Below, piece by piece: positions 30,010 through 40,225 of a stretch of 64,000 nt of DNA. The stretch spans positions 576,001 to 640,000 of the forward strand of contig CAVXJS010000021.1 in NCBI GenBank assembly GCA_963762145.1. Reading direction: 5' to 3'. The notes below the pieces were generated by a model. It made no database searches, was not told the origin of the DNA, and saw only the letters and a list, made by a program, of their open reading frames with translations. The stretch is from an uncultured Candidatus Rokubacteria bacterium (GTDB lineage: Bacteria > Methylomirabilota > Methylomirabilia > Rokubacteriales > CSP1-6). The stretch's first letter is position 1. Every line of letters starts with the position of its first letter. The translations under genes and the position numbers were made by a program.

Positions 30010-30863
30010 AGATACCTCCGCAGAAATCCGACCACCTGCGCTTCGTACCCGGCGCGATCGTACGCGAACAGGTCCTCATGGCGCGCGCCCTCGACCATCC
30101 ACAGGCGCTTGGGCTCGACGGCCGCCTCGAACATGTCGCGCGATTCGGCCGCCGTGGTGTGCTCGTCTCGAGACCCCGCCACCACGAACACCGGAGCGCC
30201 GAGTCGGTCGATGAACCGGATGGGCTCGAGATCCGCGGGCGAGACGTCGAGCCGCGGCCCCAGCTGGACGAGCAGGAGTGGCGTCAGGAGCGGGGCGAGG
30301 CCGCCCAGCCGGATCCGAATACGGTTCTCGATGGACCGGCGGAAGCGCGGGTAGACCGCTTCGAGCACCACCGCGTCGAAGCCCGCCGGCTGCGGGCCGA
30401 GCAGCACCGCGGCGCCCCCCAGCGAGGAGCCGATGACGCCGACTCGACGCCCGGGCGCTTCACGCCGGAGCCACGACAGCGCCGAGCGGGCGTCGGTGGA
30501 CTCACGCCAGCCGAACGTGATGGCGGTCCCGGGCGTCTCGCCGTGGGCCTGGAGATCGATGAGCGCCACCGAGAAGCCGTGCCGCACCAGCAGGCGGGCT
30601 CGGGACAGCATGACCGAGCGGTCGGTGCGGATGGGGTGCAGCAGGAGCACGACCGGCGTCCCCGCCCCTTGATCGAGCCACCAGGCGGCGATGCTCGTCC
30701 CGGGGATCGTGAGGGCGCGCGCCGGGAAGTCGGCCGGCAGCGGCACCGCGTGCTGGACGGGCGCGAGGAGCCGCGAGCCGACCCACCACGGTCCGAGCAC
30801 GCCCAGGGCGGCCGCCACGCCCAGAGCCGCCAGGAGCCACCGCGTCGGCCCGCGCTTCCTCAT
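30006..30863 (-). CDS. Membrane-anchored alpha/beta hydrolase
   Basis: N-terminal TM; DLQAHGET, GSSLGG, GSRDEHT, GARHED. Confidence 0.85.
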   Translation of the reverse strand: MRKRGPTRWLLAALGVAAALGVLGPWWVGSRLLAPVQHAVPLPADFPARALTIPGTSIAAWWLDQGAGTPVVLLLHPIRTDRSVMLSRARLLVRHGFSVALIDLQAHGETPGTAITFGWRESTDARSALSWLRREAPGRRVGVIGSSLGGAAVLLGPQPAGFDAVVLEAVYPRFRRSIENRIRIRLGGLAPLLTPLLLVQLGPRLDVSPADLEPIRFIDRLGAPVFVVAGSRDEHTTAAESRDMFEAAVEPKRLWMVEGARHEDLFAYDRAGYEAQVVGFLRRYL

Positions 30864-31004
30864 CACAAGGAGGGAACATAGCACCGGCGGCGGGAGTCAT
30901 TCGCAAGGATCGCCCTGCTGGCGGCGCGGAGGAGATGTCGTCTAGCGCTCGACCGGCGGCGCGGACCATCCCGCCTGGACGGTGCGGCCGACGGGGCCCG
31001 CCTT

Positions 31005-31056
31005 CGGCGATGAAGAACCACCAGCCGCTCCGCCCGGTGTCATGAAGAGGCCGGAC
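31005..31056 (-). pseudogene. Scrap of a DUF805 membrane protein
   Basis: Reads VRPLHDTGRSGWWFFIA, matching the DUF805 signature RRLHD.GRSGW; no start or remainder. Confidence 0.55.
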
Positions 31057-31067
31057 GAATCTACGAG

Positions 31068-31589
31068 CTAGTCGAGGTTGCGGTAGAACACCGTGGTGCG
31101 GCACAGCCCGCCCTGCGGCAGGAGGGCGTAGCCGGGGATCACTCCCACGCGCACCCATCCCTGTCGCTCGTAGAGGCGCTCGGCCTCGTCGCTGGCGGTG
31201 TCGAGCACCAGCAGTGTCTTGCCGCATTCGCGCGCGGTGTCCTCGGCGGCCCGCATGAGCGCCGCCCCCAGGCCGCGGCGCCGGGCGCGGCGGTGCACCA
31301 GCATCTTCGACAGCTCGGCGCGGTGCGGCTGGTTCTCGGGCTGGTCGAGCACGAGCTGCACGGTGCCGCACACGCCGCGCGCGTCCTCGGCGACCAGCAG
31401 CGCGCGCTCGCCCGCGGCCACCCCCTGCGCCACGCGGCGCCAGAACGCCACCGCGCGATCGCGCGTCAGCGGGAGCATGAAGCTGACCGACGCCCCGTCC
31501 TCGACGCAGTCGATCAGCACCTCGGCGAGCTCCTCGATCTGCCGGTCATCGACCGTATGCAGCCGTCGTGGGGATCCGGTGGAGGTCAT
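31068..31589 (-). CDS. GNAT acetyltransferase (Ttr-like)
   Basis: DCVEDGASVSF, ENQPHRAE, KMLVHRRARRRGLG, LLVLDT, GVIPGYAL. Confidence 0.92.
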   Translation of the reverse strand: MTSTGSPRRLHTVDDRQIEELAEVLIDCVEDGASVSFMLPLTRDRAVAFWRRVAQGVAAGERALLVAEDARGVCGTVQLVLDQPENQPHRAELSKMLVHRRARRRGLGAALMRAAEDTARECGKTLLVLDTASDEAERLYERQGWVRVGVIPGYALLPQGGLCRTTVFYRNLD

Positions 31590-32200
31590 GATCGCCTCGC
31601 GGGAGAGTCGGACGCGATCACCACCGCGTAGCGCGTGGGCTTGCGCGTCGGGTTGTGGAACATCGTCGGGCGGTCGAGCTGCATGGCCAGACAATCCCCT
31701 TCGCGCAGCCGGTGGCGCTCCCCGCCCAGGGTGATGTCGATCGCGCCTTCGAGCACCCACACCTGCTGGTGCACGAGCCGGTCTCGCGCGCCGGTCTCGA
31801 ACGCCACGCGCCCGCGGGGCGGGAACTGCACCTCGACGATCTGCATCGGCTGCGGCACGCCGGGCGGCGAGACGTTGCGTCGGAGGTAGCCCGAGGCCGG
31901 GTCCTGCCACTGCGGCTGGTCCTCACGCCGCGCCACCGGGCCGGTCCGCGCCGGCGCCGCGGCGGCCGGGGCATCGAACAGGGAGGCCAGCATCACGCCC
32001 AGGCCCGCGGCGAGCTTCTCCAGCACCACCGCGGTCGGGCTGCTCTCCCCGCGCTCGATCACCGAGATCATCGAGCGGCTCACGCCGCTCTTGGCGGCCA
32101 GCGCATCCAGCGAGAGGCCCCGCGCGGCCCGCAGGTCGCGCACCCGTTCCGCGATGCGCTCGTTCAGGTCCGACCCGGCTTCCGATCTCGCTTCCTTCAT
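31586..32200 (-). CDS. XRE HTH-cupin transcriptional regulator
   Basis: SLDALAAKSGVSRSMISVIERGESSPT; C-terminal cupin. Confidence 0.92.
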   Translation of the reverse strand: MKEARSEAGSDLNERIAERVRDLRAARGLSLDALAAKSGVSRSMISVIERGESSPTAVVLEKLAAGLGVMLASLFDAPAAAAPARTGPVARREDQPQWQDPASGYLRRNVSPPGVPQPMQIVEVQFPPRGRVAFETGARDRLVHQQVWVLEGAIDITLGGERHRLREGDCLAMQLDRPTMFHNPTRKPTRYAVVIASDSPARRS

Positions 32201-32229
32201 GATGGACACACTATCCATCATGCTGGATA
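32193..32229. promoter_or_regulatory. Tandem palindromic operator, probably autoregulatory for the XRE gene
   Basis: TCCTTCATGATGGA (32193-32206, overlaps the ATG) and TATCCATCATGCTGGATA (32212-32229), 21 bp apart; TTGACG just upstream on the minus strand. Confidence 0.6.
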
Positions 32230-32260
32230 CCCTCGTCAAGCCCCGGCCGCCGCTCCCCGG

Positions 32261-33082
32261 TCAGCGCTCGCTGGTGATCACGTAAGCCTGCATCTTGCCG
32301 TCCACCTCGCCCCGGCCGAACCGCCGGCCGAGCGCGTCCGCCGTGACCTCGGTCGCTTCCTCGAGCCGCGCGGCGTCGCGCGCCTCGATCTCGCTCCGCA
32401 GCGGGGTGCCCTGGCAGTACGCGATCGCGGGGTCCCGCGGCGACGGTGCCCGGCTCCGCGCGGCCAGGGTGACGATCTCCGGCGGCGCCACGAAGCCGCC
32501 GCCGGCCAGATCCTGCGCGATCTGCGCCGGCACGTGATAGCCGTGGGGCGTGCGCGCCAGGAACCGGGGCGGATCCGCGGGAAACAGCGGGGCCAGCGCG
32601 GCGGTCACGACGTCCGCGAACTCGTTCTCCTCGATCCGATCCCAGACATTGAAGAGCAGCACGCCCCCGGGACGGAGCACGCGGTGCGCCTCCGAGAACG
32701 CCCTGGCCTTGTCGGGGAAGAACATGACCCCGAACTGGCACACCACCGCGTCGAACGCACCGTCGGGGAAAGGCAGCTGCATGGCGTCCGCCTGACGCCA
32801 TTCCACCGGCCGCCGGGTTCCGAGGGCCGCCGCCTGATCGAGCATCGGCTGATTCAGGTCCGTGGCCACGATCGCGGCGCGCTCGGGCAACCCGGCTGCC
32901 AGCGCGCGCGTCACGACGCCGGTGCCGGCGGCCACCTCGAGCACGCGGCCGGGCGATCGCGCCGCGAGCCGCCGCGCCAGGTCCGCCGCGTACGGCTCGA
33001 AGAGCAACGGGACCAGATACCGCTCGTAGAACTTCGGGATCGATCCTGCGAAGACCTTGTCGGCACCCGCCCCCGTCGTCAT
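32261..33082 (-). CDS. Class I SAM-dependent methyltransferase
   Basis: VLEVAAGTG, TDLN, ADAMQLPF, FDAVVCQFG, RVLRPGG. Confidence 0.92.
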   Translation of the reverse strand: MTTGAGADKVFAGSIPKFYERYLVPLLFEPYAADLARRLAARSPGRVLEVAAGTGVVTRALAAGLPERAAIVATDLNQPMLDQAAALGTRRPVEWRQADAMQLPFPDGAFDAVVCQFGVMFFPDKARAFSEAHRVLRPGGVLLFNVWDRIEENEFADVVTAALAPLFPADPPRFLARTPHGYHVPAQIAQDLAGGGFVAPPEIVTLAARSRAPSPRDPAIAYCQGTPLRSEIEARDAARLEEATEVTADALGRRFGRGEVDGKMQAYVITSER

Positions 33083-33083
33083 A

Positions 33084-33860
33084 TCACGCCACGAGCTCGA
33101 TGCTGACGACGCCCAGGCGGGCAAATCTGGCCCGGATCGCATCGCCGGGCTTCGGGCGCAGCATCTTCGAGATGGCACCGGACATGACCACGTCTCCGGC
33201 CTTCAACGCGAGGCCTCGGCTGGCGAGATGGTTGGCGAGCCAGGCGAGGGCGTTCAACGGATTGCCCATCACCTCCGCCGCGGTGTAGGTCCCGACGACT
33301 TCGCCGTTGTGCTCGTACACGACTTCCTCCCGCGCCAGATCGAGCTCCTGGATCGGCACGAGCGGGCTCCCCAGCGCGATGGCCTTGCCAATGACGGTAT
33401 TGGCGATGAAATCTGCCGCGCCGGGCTTCCCGGAGTACATGAAATCAAGCAGCTCGAGCGCGGGCACCGCGCTCTCCACCGCGAGCAGTGCGGTGGCGGC
33501 GGTGACCCTGGGCCCGACCAGCTCGGTGCGCATCCTGAAGGCCACCTCGGCCTCCACCCGCAAGTCGGCGAATCCGCTGACCGACACCGCGGCGCCGCTG
33601 GCGTACTGACCCGGTAGCAGAAAGCCGGAGGCTGGCTCCTGGAGTCCCATGACGGCCTGGCCGGACGGGCTCGTAGCCCCCAGCTTCCATCCGATCGTTC
33701 GCTCTCCGCGCTGTTCCAGCTTCTCGCGGAGGGCGTCCTGGATCGCGTAGGCGTGCTCGAGCGTGAACTCGCCCATCGTCTCCGAGAGAGGGGCCAGCAC
33801 TCGACGGCTGGATCGGGCATCGACCAGGCGCTGGACGGCTGCCGGAACCGAGACGGTCAT
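33084..33860 (-). CDS. 2-keto-4-pentenoate hydratase-like (FAH family)
   Basis: AYAIQ, GWKLGATS, VEAEVAF, MGNPLNALAWLAN, GDVVMSG. Confidence 0.88.
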   Translation of the reverse strand: MTVSVPAAVQRLVDARSSRRVLAPLSETMGEFTLEHAYAIQDALREKLEQRGERTIGWKLGATSPSGQAVMGLQEPASGFLLPGQYASGAAVSVSGFADLRVEAEVAFRMRTELVGPRVTAATALLAVESAVPALELLDFMYSGKPGAADFIANTVIGKAIALGSPLVPIQELDLAREEVVYEHNGEVVGTYTAAEVMGNPLNALAWLANHLASRGLALKAGDVVMSGAISKMLRPKPGDAIRARFARLGVVSIELVA

Positions 33861-33918
33861 GGACGCTGCCTTGCCTGCCTCATGAGTTTCCTCCTCCGGC
33901 GAGTAGCGCCATGAGCGA

Positions 33919-34926
33919 TCACTGGACGACGTAGTCCGCCCGCTGCAGCAGCGCCGGCGGGATCGTGAGGCCGAGCACCCTAGCCGTCTTCAGGTTGATC
34001 GCCAGCTCGAACTTCGTCGGCGCCTCCACGGGCAGCTCCGCGGGGTTCGCGCCGGTGAGGATCCGGTGAACGTAGGTGGCGCTGCGACGATACAGATCGC
34101 GCCGGTCGGTGCCGTACGACATGAGGCCGCCGGCGTCCACGAACTCCCGGCGGCCGTAGATGGCAGGGAGCCGGCTCATCGACGCGAACTCTAATATGCG
34201 CGCCCGGTACGTGAACATCAGCAGGTCCTCCACCGCGATGAGCGCGTCGACCTGGCCCAGCAGCCCTCGCTCGAATAGCTGTTCGAACGACTCGGATCGC
34301 TGTACCTCGAGGCTCGTGAGCTGGATCCCCATGGCCCGGGCCGCCTTCTCCGTGTCTCTCACGATCGGCGGCGAGTAGAGATCGCCCGGATTCCAGAGGA
34401 TGCTGATTCGCGACGCCCCGGGCACCGCCTCCGCGAGCAGCCGCAGCCGTCGCCCGCCCAGATCGGGCGGGCCCGCGGTGTGCAGCCCGGTGACATTGCC
34501 ACCCGGCCGCTTCAGGCTGGCCACGAGACCCTCGAACACCGGGGCGCCGCCCGATGCCATCACGATCGGGATCGTTCGCGTGGCCTGCCTGGCCGTCAGC
34601 GTCGCGGCGGTTCCGCTCGTCACGATCACGTCGACCTCGAGCCGGACCAGCTCGGTCGCGAGGTCCAGGAACCGCTCGGGGCGGCCATCCGCCGAGCGGT
34701 ACTCGATCACCACGTTCTGCCCCTCCGTGTAGCCCTGCTCCGCCAGTCCCTGGCGGAACGCGCCGAGGTTCGCCGAGTTCGACGCCGCGTCGACGAGCTC
34801 CAGCATCCCGATGCGGTATCCCTTCGCCGCCGGCTGCGCCTGGGGCGTGACCGGCGCGGCGAGCACGAGGACCGCCGCGACCAGGCCCTTGAGCCCGGTC
34901 AGCCACCCGTCAGGCCGGTGTGGCAA
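33919..34926 (-). CDS. Orphan ABC substrate-binding protein (PF04392 / Trp-Tyr type); true start uncertain
   Basis: [61 protein letters not shown]. Confidence 0.9.
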   Translation of the reverse strand: MPHRPDGWLTGLKGLVAAVLVLAAPVTPQAQPAAKGYRIGMLELVDAASNSANLGAFRQGLAEQGYTEGQNVVIEYRSADGRPERFLDLATELVRLEVDVIVTSGTAATLTARQATRTIPIVMASGGAPVFEGLVASLKRPGGNVTGLHTAGPPDLGGRRLRLLAEAVPGASRISILWNPGDLYSPPIVRDTEKAARAMGIQLTSLEVQRSESFEQLFERGLLGQVDALIAVEDLLMFTYRARILEFASMSRLPAIYGRREFVDAGGLMSYGTDRRDLYRRSATYVHRILTGANPAELPVEAPTKFELAINLKTARVLGLTIPPALLQRADYVVQ

Positions 34927-35231
34927 GCTTCAAGCCGACTATTCCAGCGATGATGAGCGCCACGCTGATCAGCCGCCCGGCATTGGCGGACTCTCCCAGC
35001 AGCACGATCCCGAGGATCACGGTACCGACCGAGCCCACACCCACCCAGATGCTGTACGCGGTGCCCACCGGAAGGGACTTCATGGCAACGCCCAGGAGCC
35101 ACAGACTGACGACCATCGCCAGGACCGTCCAGACGCGTGGGCCACAATCGCGTGAACCCTTCCGTGTACTTCAATCCGATGGCCCAGCCGACCTCGAACA
35201 ACCCCGCCAGCACGAGAATGATCCAGGCCAT
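34910..35231 (-). CDS. sugE: SMR efflux protein SugE/Gdx, frameshift near 35135
   Basis: [31 protein letters not shown], then [17 protein letters not shown]...GIVGLKL. Confidence 0.9.
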
Positions 35232-35248
35232 ATCGCGATCTCTTCCTT

Positions 35249-35722
35249 TCACACCGGCTTGCGCATCGTGATGCTCGTCGGCCGATCGAATCCGGGGTGG
35301 GCGGACTCGGCGACCTTGCCAAACCCGAGCGCGGCAAACGTCTCGTGGTTCTCGATCAGCTCGATGCGGGTCTCGAGCTCGAGGAACGGCCGTCCGTGCG
35401 CGCGAGCGAGCGCCTCGGCGGCCTCCATGATCCTGCGCGCCACGCCCCGGCGCCTGACCGTCGCATCCACCGCGAGCTTGCCCACGTACACGCAATCCTC
35501 GCGCAGGGAGGCGAACCCGCAGCCGACGAGGCGCTGGCCCTCGAGCGCGAGGATCAGGGCTTCCTCCCGGGCCTTCTCCTCGAGCTGCGCGACGTCCATG
35601 CGCAGCAGCGACGAGGGCGGATCGATCCGTGATTCCATGTAGGCGTAGGCCGAGCGCAGCAGCGCGAGCAGGCCCGTCCAGTCCGAGAATCGCGGCGGCG
35701 ACACCACGACCCGCACACTCAC
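35249..35722 (-). CDS. GNAT acetyltransferase
   Basis: GTG overlaps the DsrE stop; [40 protein letters not shown]. Confidence 0.85.
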   Translation of the reverse strand: MSVRVVVSPPRFSDWTGLLALLRSAYAYMESRIDPPSSLLRMDVAQLEEKAREEALILALEGQRLVGCGFASLREDCVYVGKLAVDATVRRRGVARRIMEAAEALARAHGRPFLELETRIELIENHETFAALGFGKVAESAHPGFDRPTSITMRKPV

Positions 35723-36078
35723 TCGCTCAGGATCTTGTCCGCCCACTCGATGAGCTGAACGAGGATGGTGGGGTTCGCGAAGGACGCTTTCTTCCCCGCC
35801 AGATCGCTCTCGAGGACTCCCCGAGCCCTCGAACAGGCCCCTCACACGTGGATCGCGATCCCGTGGCCCACCGTCGCGCGGAGGGTCTCGGCCAGCGGCG
35901 GCCAGCCCACCGGCACCACCGCGTTGGCGACCGGATCGCGCATCAGCGAGACGGCCTCGCCGAGCAGGAATATCTGAGCCGCGTGGCCGCCCTCCGCCAG
36001 GGCGTTGGCGTGCAGGAACGGGAACACGGCCTTGGTCGGATCGTCGGAGCCCCAGGCGCTCTTCAGCAGGATCTTCAC
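35719..36078 (-). CDS. DsrE/DsrF-family protein, probable selenoprotein (in-frame UGA at 35842-35844)
   Basis: Read-through gives 119 aa ...[15 protein letters not shown]...[13 protein letters not shown], a UxxC at the DsrE Cys site; the final stop overlaps the next start. Confidence 0.8.
35810..35832 (-). promoter_or_regulatory. Bacterial SECIS-like hairpin
   Basis: UCGAGGGCUC-GGG-GAGUCCUCGA, 10-bp stem beginning 9 nt after the UGA, with a G-rich apical loop. Confidence 0.7.
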
Positions 36079-36095
36079 GCTCGCCTCGTGCCCGC

Positions 36096-36851
36096 CTAGA
36101 CCCGGACCGGTTCGTGCGCCTTCAGGAAGCGCCGCGCGTGCTCCACGACCTCGTCGATGTGCTCCGGCGAATCCTTCCAGGGATAGATGGTCACCTCGGA
36201 CTTCGGGGCGAGGCTGGCCACCTCCATGGCGACCTTGTACGGGTGCGCGGGCACGTCGTCCGGCGCGATCAGCAACGGGGTCTGGATGGAGCGCACGAAG
36301 TCGCGCGACACGGTGAACACGAAGTCGGCCCGGTTGGTGTACATGCTGGTGAGGAAATCATGGACCATGGCCATCGTGACGTCGGAGCGCTTCTCGCACA
36401 GCGCGGGTCCCCAGCCCTTGATGTTGTTCTGGTAGAACAGGTCGCGCATCTCGGGCCGGGAGCCGCTCGGCTGCATCATCGCGGCCGCGACGACGCGCTC
36501 CGGAGCCCGCCGGATGAGGTTGTGGATCATCGGCCCGCCGATGCAGAAGCCCATGACCAGGAACTCCCGGATGCCGAGGTGGTCCATCAGCCCGAGCTGG
36601 TCGTCGGTGTAGGCATCCCAGGGTCGGTCGATCTCCAGGGGTCCGCTGGATCGGCCGGGGTTGGCGTTGCGCAGGTCGGCGCAGATACAGCGGAAGTCGT
36701 CCTTGTACCGCTCCATCGGGTTGAAGGGCGAGGCGGTCTGCCAGGATGACAGGGCCGAGTTGAGCCCGCCGCCCGGGATCAGCAGCAGGGGGAACCCGGA
36801 ACCAACCTCTTCGTAGTGGATGCGGACGGGGCCTCTCTCGTAGAACGGCAT
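36096..36851 (-). CDS. Alpha/beta hydrolase
   Basis: GSGFPLLLIPGG, DLRNA, GFCIGG nucleophile elbow (Cys). Confidence 0.88.
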   Translation of the reverse strand: MPFYERGPVRIHYEEVGSGFPLLLIPGGGLNSALSSWQTASPFNPMERYKDDFRCICADLRNANPGRSSGPLEIDRPWDAYTDDQLGLMDHLGIREFLVMGFCIGGPMIHNLIRRAPERVVAAAMMQPSGSRPEMRDLFYQNNIKGWGPALCEKRSDVTMAMVHDFLTSMYTNRADFVFTVSRDFVRSIQTPLLIAPDDVPAHPYKVAMEVASLAPKSEVTIYPWKDSPEHIDEVVEHARRFLKAHEPVRV

Positions 36852-36897
36852 GGCGACTCTCCTCTCTGAGCGGGTTGGCGTTACTCTACCTCACCTC

Positions 36898-37167
36898 TCA
36901 CGGCTGGTACGGCGCCTCGGACCGGGGCGCATGAGGCAGCTGCTCGTCCAGAGACTGGCGATAGCTCAGGCATCCCCGCAGGAACTCCGGCCACGTGGGG
37001 ACCGTCGGCACGGGATCCGTCTTCTCGGGTAGGAGGCCCCAGAGATCCGGGTGATGCCAACAAAGATCGTGTCCGGTGCTGTCTCGGTGCGTCCGGATCC
37101 CCGCGCGCAGCCGTCTGGCCTCGTCAATCAGCCGCTCGCGCGTCATGCCCTCGAGATCCTCGTCCAT
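36898..37167 (-). CDS. Conserved-type hypothetical protein
   Basis: RLRAGIRTHRDSTGHDLCWHHPDLWGLLPE; compact ORF in the co-oriented array. Confidence 0.7.
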   Translation of the reverse strand: MDEDLEGMTRERLIDEARRLRAGIRTHRDSTGHDLCWHHPDLWGLLPEKTDPVPTVPTWPEFLRGCLSYRQSLDEQLPHAPRSEAPYQP

Positions 37168-37173
37168 CGAGCG

Positions 37174-37554
37174 CTATTCAACGATCTTCCAGTAAGAGTC
37201 CTTGCGTAGGACCTTCCCGCCACGGAACTCCCAGTGATCGCACCCTCGGACCTCTACCTTGCGGCCATCCTTCGTCGTACCGGTCAGCAACCACTCTGAT
37301 ACGCCCATGCTGCCCGACACCCAGTGTCGATCGTCGCCATAGTGCACGTCAGGAGTCGCTTCGAACCTCATCGCCAGGCCCTTGCGCACCCCATCCTTTC
37401 CGGTGAAGCGAGTGCCCCACGGCTTACTGCCCCTCGGCATGTCCAGCGATGAGTCCTCGGCAAAGTAGCCCATGATCTTGTCCAGGTCGTGGGCATTGAA
37501 TGCCGCGGCCAGCTCGAGAAGCAGCTGATAATTGGCCTCTTCCTCGTTCGTCAT
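37174..37554 (-). CDS. SnoaL/NTF2-like protein
   Basis: AFNAHDLD, PDVHY, GVSEW, VRGCD, KDSYWKIVE. Confidence 0.88.
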   Translation of the reverse strand: MTNEEEANYQLLLELAAAFNAHDLDKIMGYFAEDSSLDMPRGSKPWGTRFTGKDGVRKGLAMRFEATPDVHYGDDRHWVSGSMGVSEWLLTGTTKDGRKVEVRGCDHWEFRGGKVLRKDSYWKIVE

Positions 37555-37598
37555 AGTCGCTCTTGTCCTCTCTGGGTTTCGACCGCCGGTCTGACCCC

Positions 37599-38129
37599 TT
37601 ATCGAACACGCCTTGCCCGGTCGAGGAACGCCTCCATCCGTACCTTTTCATCCTCCATGTCCTCCCTCGACCAAGAGGAGCCGGACTCAAAGGTGGCGCC
37701 GTCGGACATCTTGACCATCAGAGTATAGCTGGGAGGACCATCGCTCCACTCATGGGCCCGCACATGGACGCTCTCGAGCGAAGACAGCGGAAGCACCCGC
37801 GTCCGATGTGGAACGACCGGCGCCCCCGTCGAGTACGTGAACGTCGCACGCGCCGCATCGAGGGTCATCCGGGAGCTCAGCCCCGCGACCGCGGCGAATA
37901 CCAGCAACGCGCTCAGCGCGACCGCCCCCGCCGAGATGATCGCCGCGAACAGAAACGCGGGGTGCCGGTAGTCGTTCCATTGGACACGCCATATTAGCTC
38001 GTATGGTGCGAGCAGCGGAATCAAGGCGAGCAACGCAAAGAGGAGCCGCTTCCCGGGCGGCATCGGCGAGAAGACATCGAGACGCTCGTCGGTCTCGGAG
38101 ACCTGGATCCTGGATGCCCCGCTCATCAT
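37599..38129 (-). CDS. Hypothetical membrane protein
   Basis: Two TM segments then a beta-rich domain; start overlaps the upstream stop. Confidence 0.65.
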   Translation of the reverse strand: MMSGASRIQVSETDERLDVFSPMPPGKRLLFALLALIPLLAPYELIWRVQWNDYRHPAFLFAAIISAGAVALSALLVFAAVAGLSSRMTLDAARATFTYSTGAPVVPHRTRVLPLSSLESVHVRAHEWSDGPPSYTLMVKMSDGATFESGSSWSREDMEDEKVRMEAFLDRARRVR

Positions 38130-38930
38130 TGCCGCGAGTCGAGGAACTCCTCGATCAGGCGTGCGGTCAGCTCGGGGTAGCGGGTGTCCGTCTGCGTCAT
38201 CACGACCTCGCCAAGATAGTCCCCATGTCCACCGGGCAACACCAGCAGGCGCGCACCTGAAATCAGCCGAGTCAGCTCGACGGCATGCTCGAGCTTCACG
38301 ATGTCCCGGTCTCCAAGGACGATCAACGTCGGCGCACTCACCGAGCGCACCATATCATCCGGCACATCCTTGAAGTTCTGCATCCTCGCCGCGTCTTTGT
38401 CGTGCATGGTCTTGAGTTGCCGCGCATCCGGGTTCACCCGCAGGAACGCGTCCTTGAGCAGCTTGTGGCATATTCGAGAAGTCGGCCTGCTTCATGAATT
38501 CCCAGAGCTGGGGCTGAGCGCCGGCCTTCTTTGTGATCGACGAAGCAAAGACCAGCCTTCGAACCAGCTGCGGATGCCGTATGGCGACCTGGAGCGCGAC
38601 GCTGGCGCCGTTGCTGAAGCCCAGGATGTCGGCCTTTTCGACTTTCAGATAACGAAGTAAGGCCGCAACGTCGTCCGCGGAGGCTTCGAAGGTAACTGGT
38701 GCCTCGCGATCGCTCGTTCGGCCGTGCCCCTGTTCCTCCACCGCGATCACCCTTCGGCTCCTGGCCAGAACCGGAAGCGCTCTGCCGAACGTGACCTCGA
38801 TGGTCGACCCACCGCCGTGAAGCAGGACCAGCGGCACGCCGTCTCTGCGCCCGTGCACCTCATAGTACATGTTGATGCCGTTGACGGGCGCATGGCCGCT
38901 CTCCAGCGCCTTCGCTTGCGGGGTTGACAT
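38126..38930 (-). CDS. Alpha/beta hydrolase, frameshift near 38460
   Basis: MYYEVHG, LLHGGG, QGHGRT, GFSNGA; second frame PTLIVLGDRD, PGGHG. Confidence 0.85.
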
Positions 38931-38938
38931 GTTATGCG

Positions 38939-39887
38939 CTAGTCGCGTGCTGAATACCAGTCCAGCACCCGTAGGGCGCGGAGCGTGTTCCAGCGGCTGG
39001 GCTTTCCTGCCCCGCCTTCCATGTCGAGCTGGACCGGATCGGGGTGGTGCTCGTGAAGCGCCCATCGTCCGTCCTGATTCCGTCTGCTGGTCACGAGACC
39101 GACCGCCTCGGCAACGCGCTCGTCCGGCTCGACGCCGGCGGCGCGCAAGTAGTCCAGGCCCCTGAGCACGTCGTAGTGCCACGTGGGCGGGAACGCGAAC
39201 CGCGTCCAGTCGTGATTGCCCTTTCGGTCCATGACCACCTCACCGGTTGACAGCCTCCGGAACAAGCGACGCGTCAGGAGGTACTCCTGGGCCCGGCCCC
39301 GCGCGTCCGTCACCGGCGGCCATGGCGCCTCTGGTCTTCTCGTACGCCAGGAGCCCTTCGAGGACGCAGATCGTGGTGTGGAACGACGACCGCACGGAGC
39401 CGCGCTCCGCCTCGCAGTTCCAGCCGCCGTCCGCGAGCTGCTCGCCCAGGAGCCGATCGAGCAGCCGATCGCTCGTCTCACCGAAGTAGGCGCCGAGCGC
39501 CAGGACCCGGCCGTTGATGCAGGGCTCGACCTCGCCCTCGAAGAACGGCGAGTCCCCGAACTCCGACCCCCAGGTGACCTGCTCGCGCACGAGCCCCACG
39601 GCCCTGCGGGCTCGCTCGCTCGTCGGGTCGAGACCCATATCCCGCAGCAGCACCAGGGTGCACAGGGTGGACTGCCAGTGCGGTGCGGCGATGCCATCAC
39701 CCCACTTGCCGTCCGGCCGCTGACGGTCGAGCAGCCGGGAACCCCAACCCTCGGCGGCGACCCGCGCTCGTTCACCGGCAACGGCCTCGTCGGGCTCGCC
39801 GCAGAGGTCGCGCATGACCTGCCAGCAAATCGAAGGGTCCGAATCGAGCAGCCAGGGTATGACCGATTCCCTCGGCTCCGGGATCAA
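38939..39887 (-). CDS. Prenyltransferase/squalene-cyclase repeat protein, frameshift near 39315
   Basis: WLLDSDPSI.WQVMRDL, QRPDGKW, EVEPCING, QLADGGWNC, FAFPPTWHYDVLRGL, PSRWNTLRALRVL. Confidence 0.8.
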
Positions 39888-40225
39888 GATTTGTTCAAGG
39901 CGACGGCGGCCCGGATGAGAGCCTTCAGAGCCGCCCGGTCCAGCTTGTCGCCTTCGTGGAAGTCGATGGCGCGCCTGGTGTTGCCCTCGAGACTGGAATT
40001 GAAGAGGCCGGAAGGGTCCTTCAGGAAGGCGCCCTTGGCGAAGGTCATCTTCACGACCTTCTTGTACGCCTCGCCGGTACAGATCAGCCCGTTGTGCGAC
40101 CAGACCGGAGTCCCTCTCCACTTCCGCTCCTCGGTCACTTCGGGGTCCGCCTCCTTGATCACGGCGCGGAGCCGGGAGAGCATCTCGCCCCTCCAGTCGT
40201 CTCCCTTCGGCCTGCTCTTCTTCAT
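39884..40225 (-). CDS. DUF1801 domain protein
   Basis: DWRGEML, KWRGTPVW, ICTGEAYK, TFAKGA, NSSLEGNTRRAID. Confidence 0.88.
   Translation of the reverse strand: MKKSRPKGDDWRGEMLSRLRAVIKEADPEVTEERKWRGTPVWSHNGLICTGEAYKKVVKMTFAKGAFLKDPSGLFNSSLEGNTRRAIDFHEGDKLDRAALKALIRAAVALNKS

Noticed and set aside
30940-31000. Possible far-left attC remnant (GTCTAGC-GCTCGACCGG...CGGTGCGGCCGAC)
   Set aside because: Both R boxes and spacers are too degenerate to call by eye; kept only as weak support for the gradient idea
35231-35250. Guanidine riboswitch upstream of sugE/gdx
   Set aside because: Only 17 nt separate it from the upstream GNAT stop; no riboswitch motif seen
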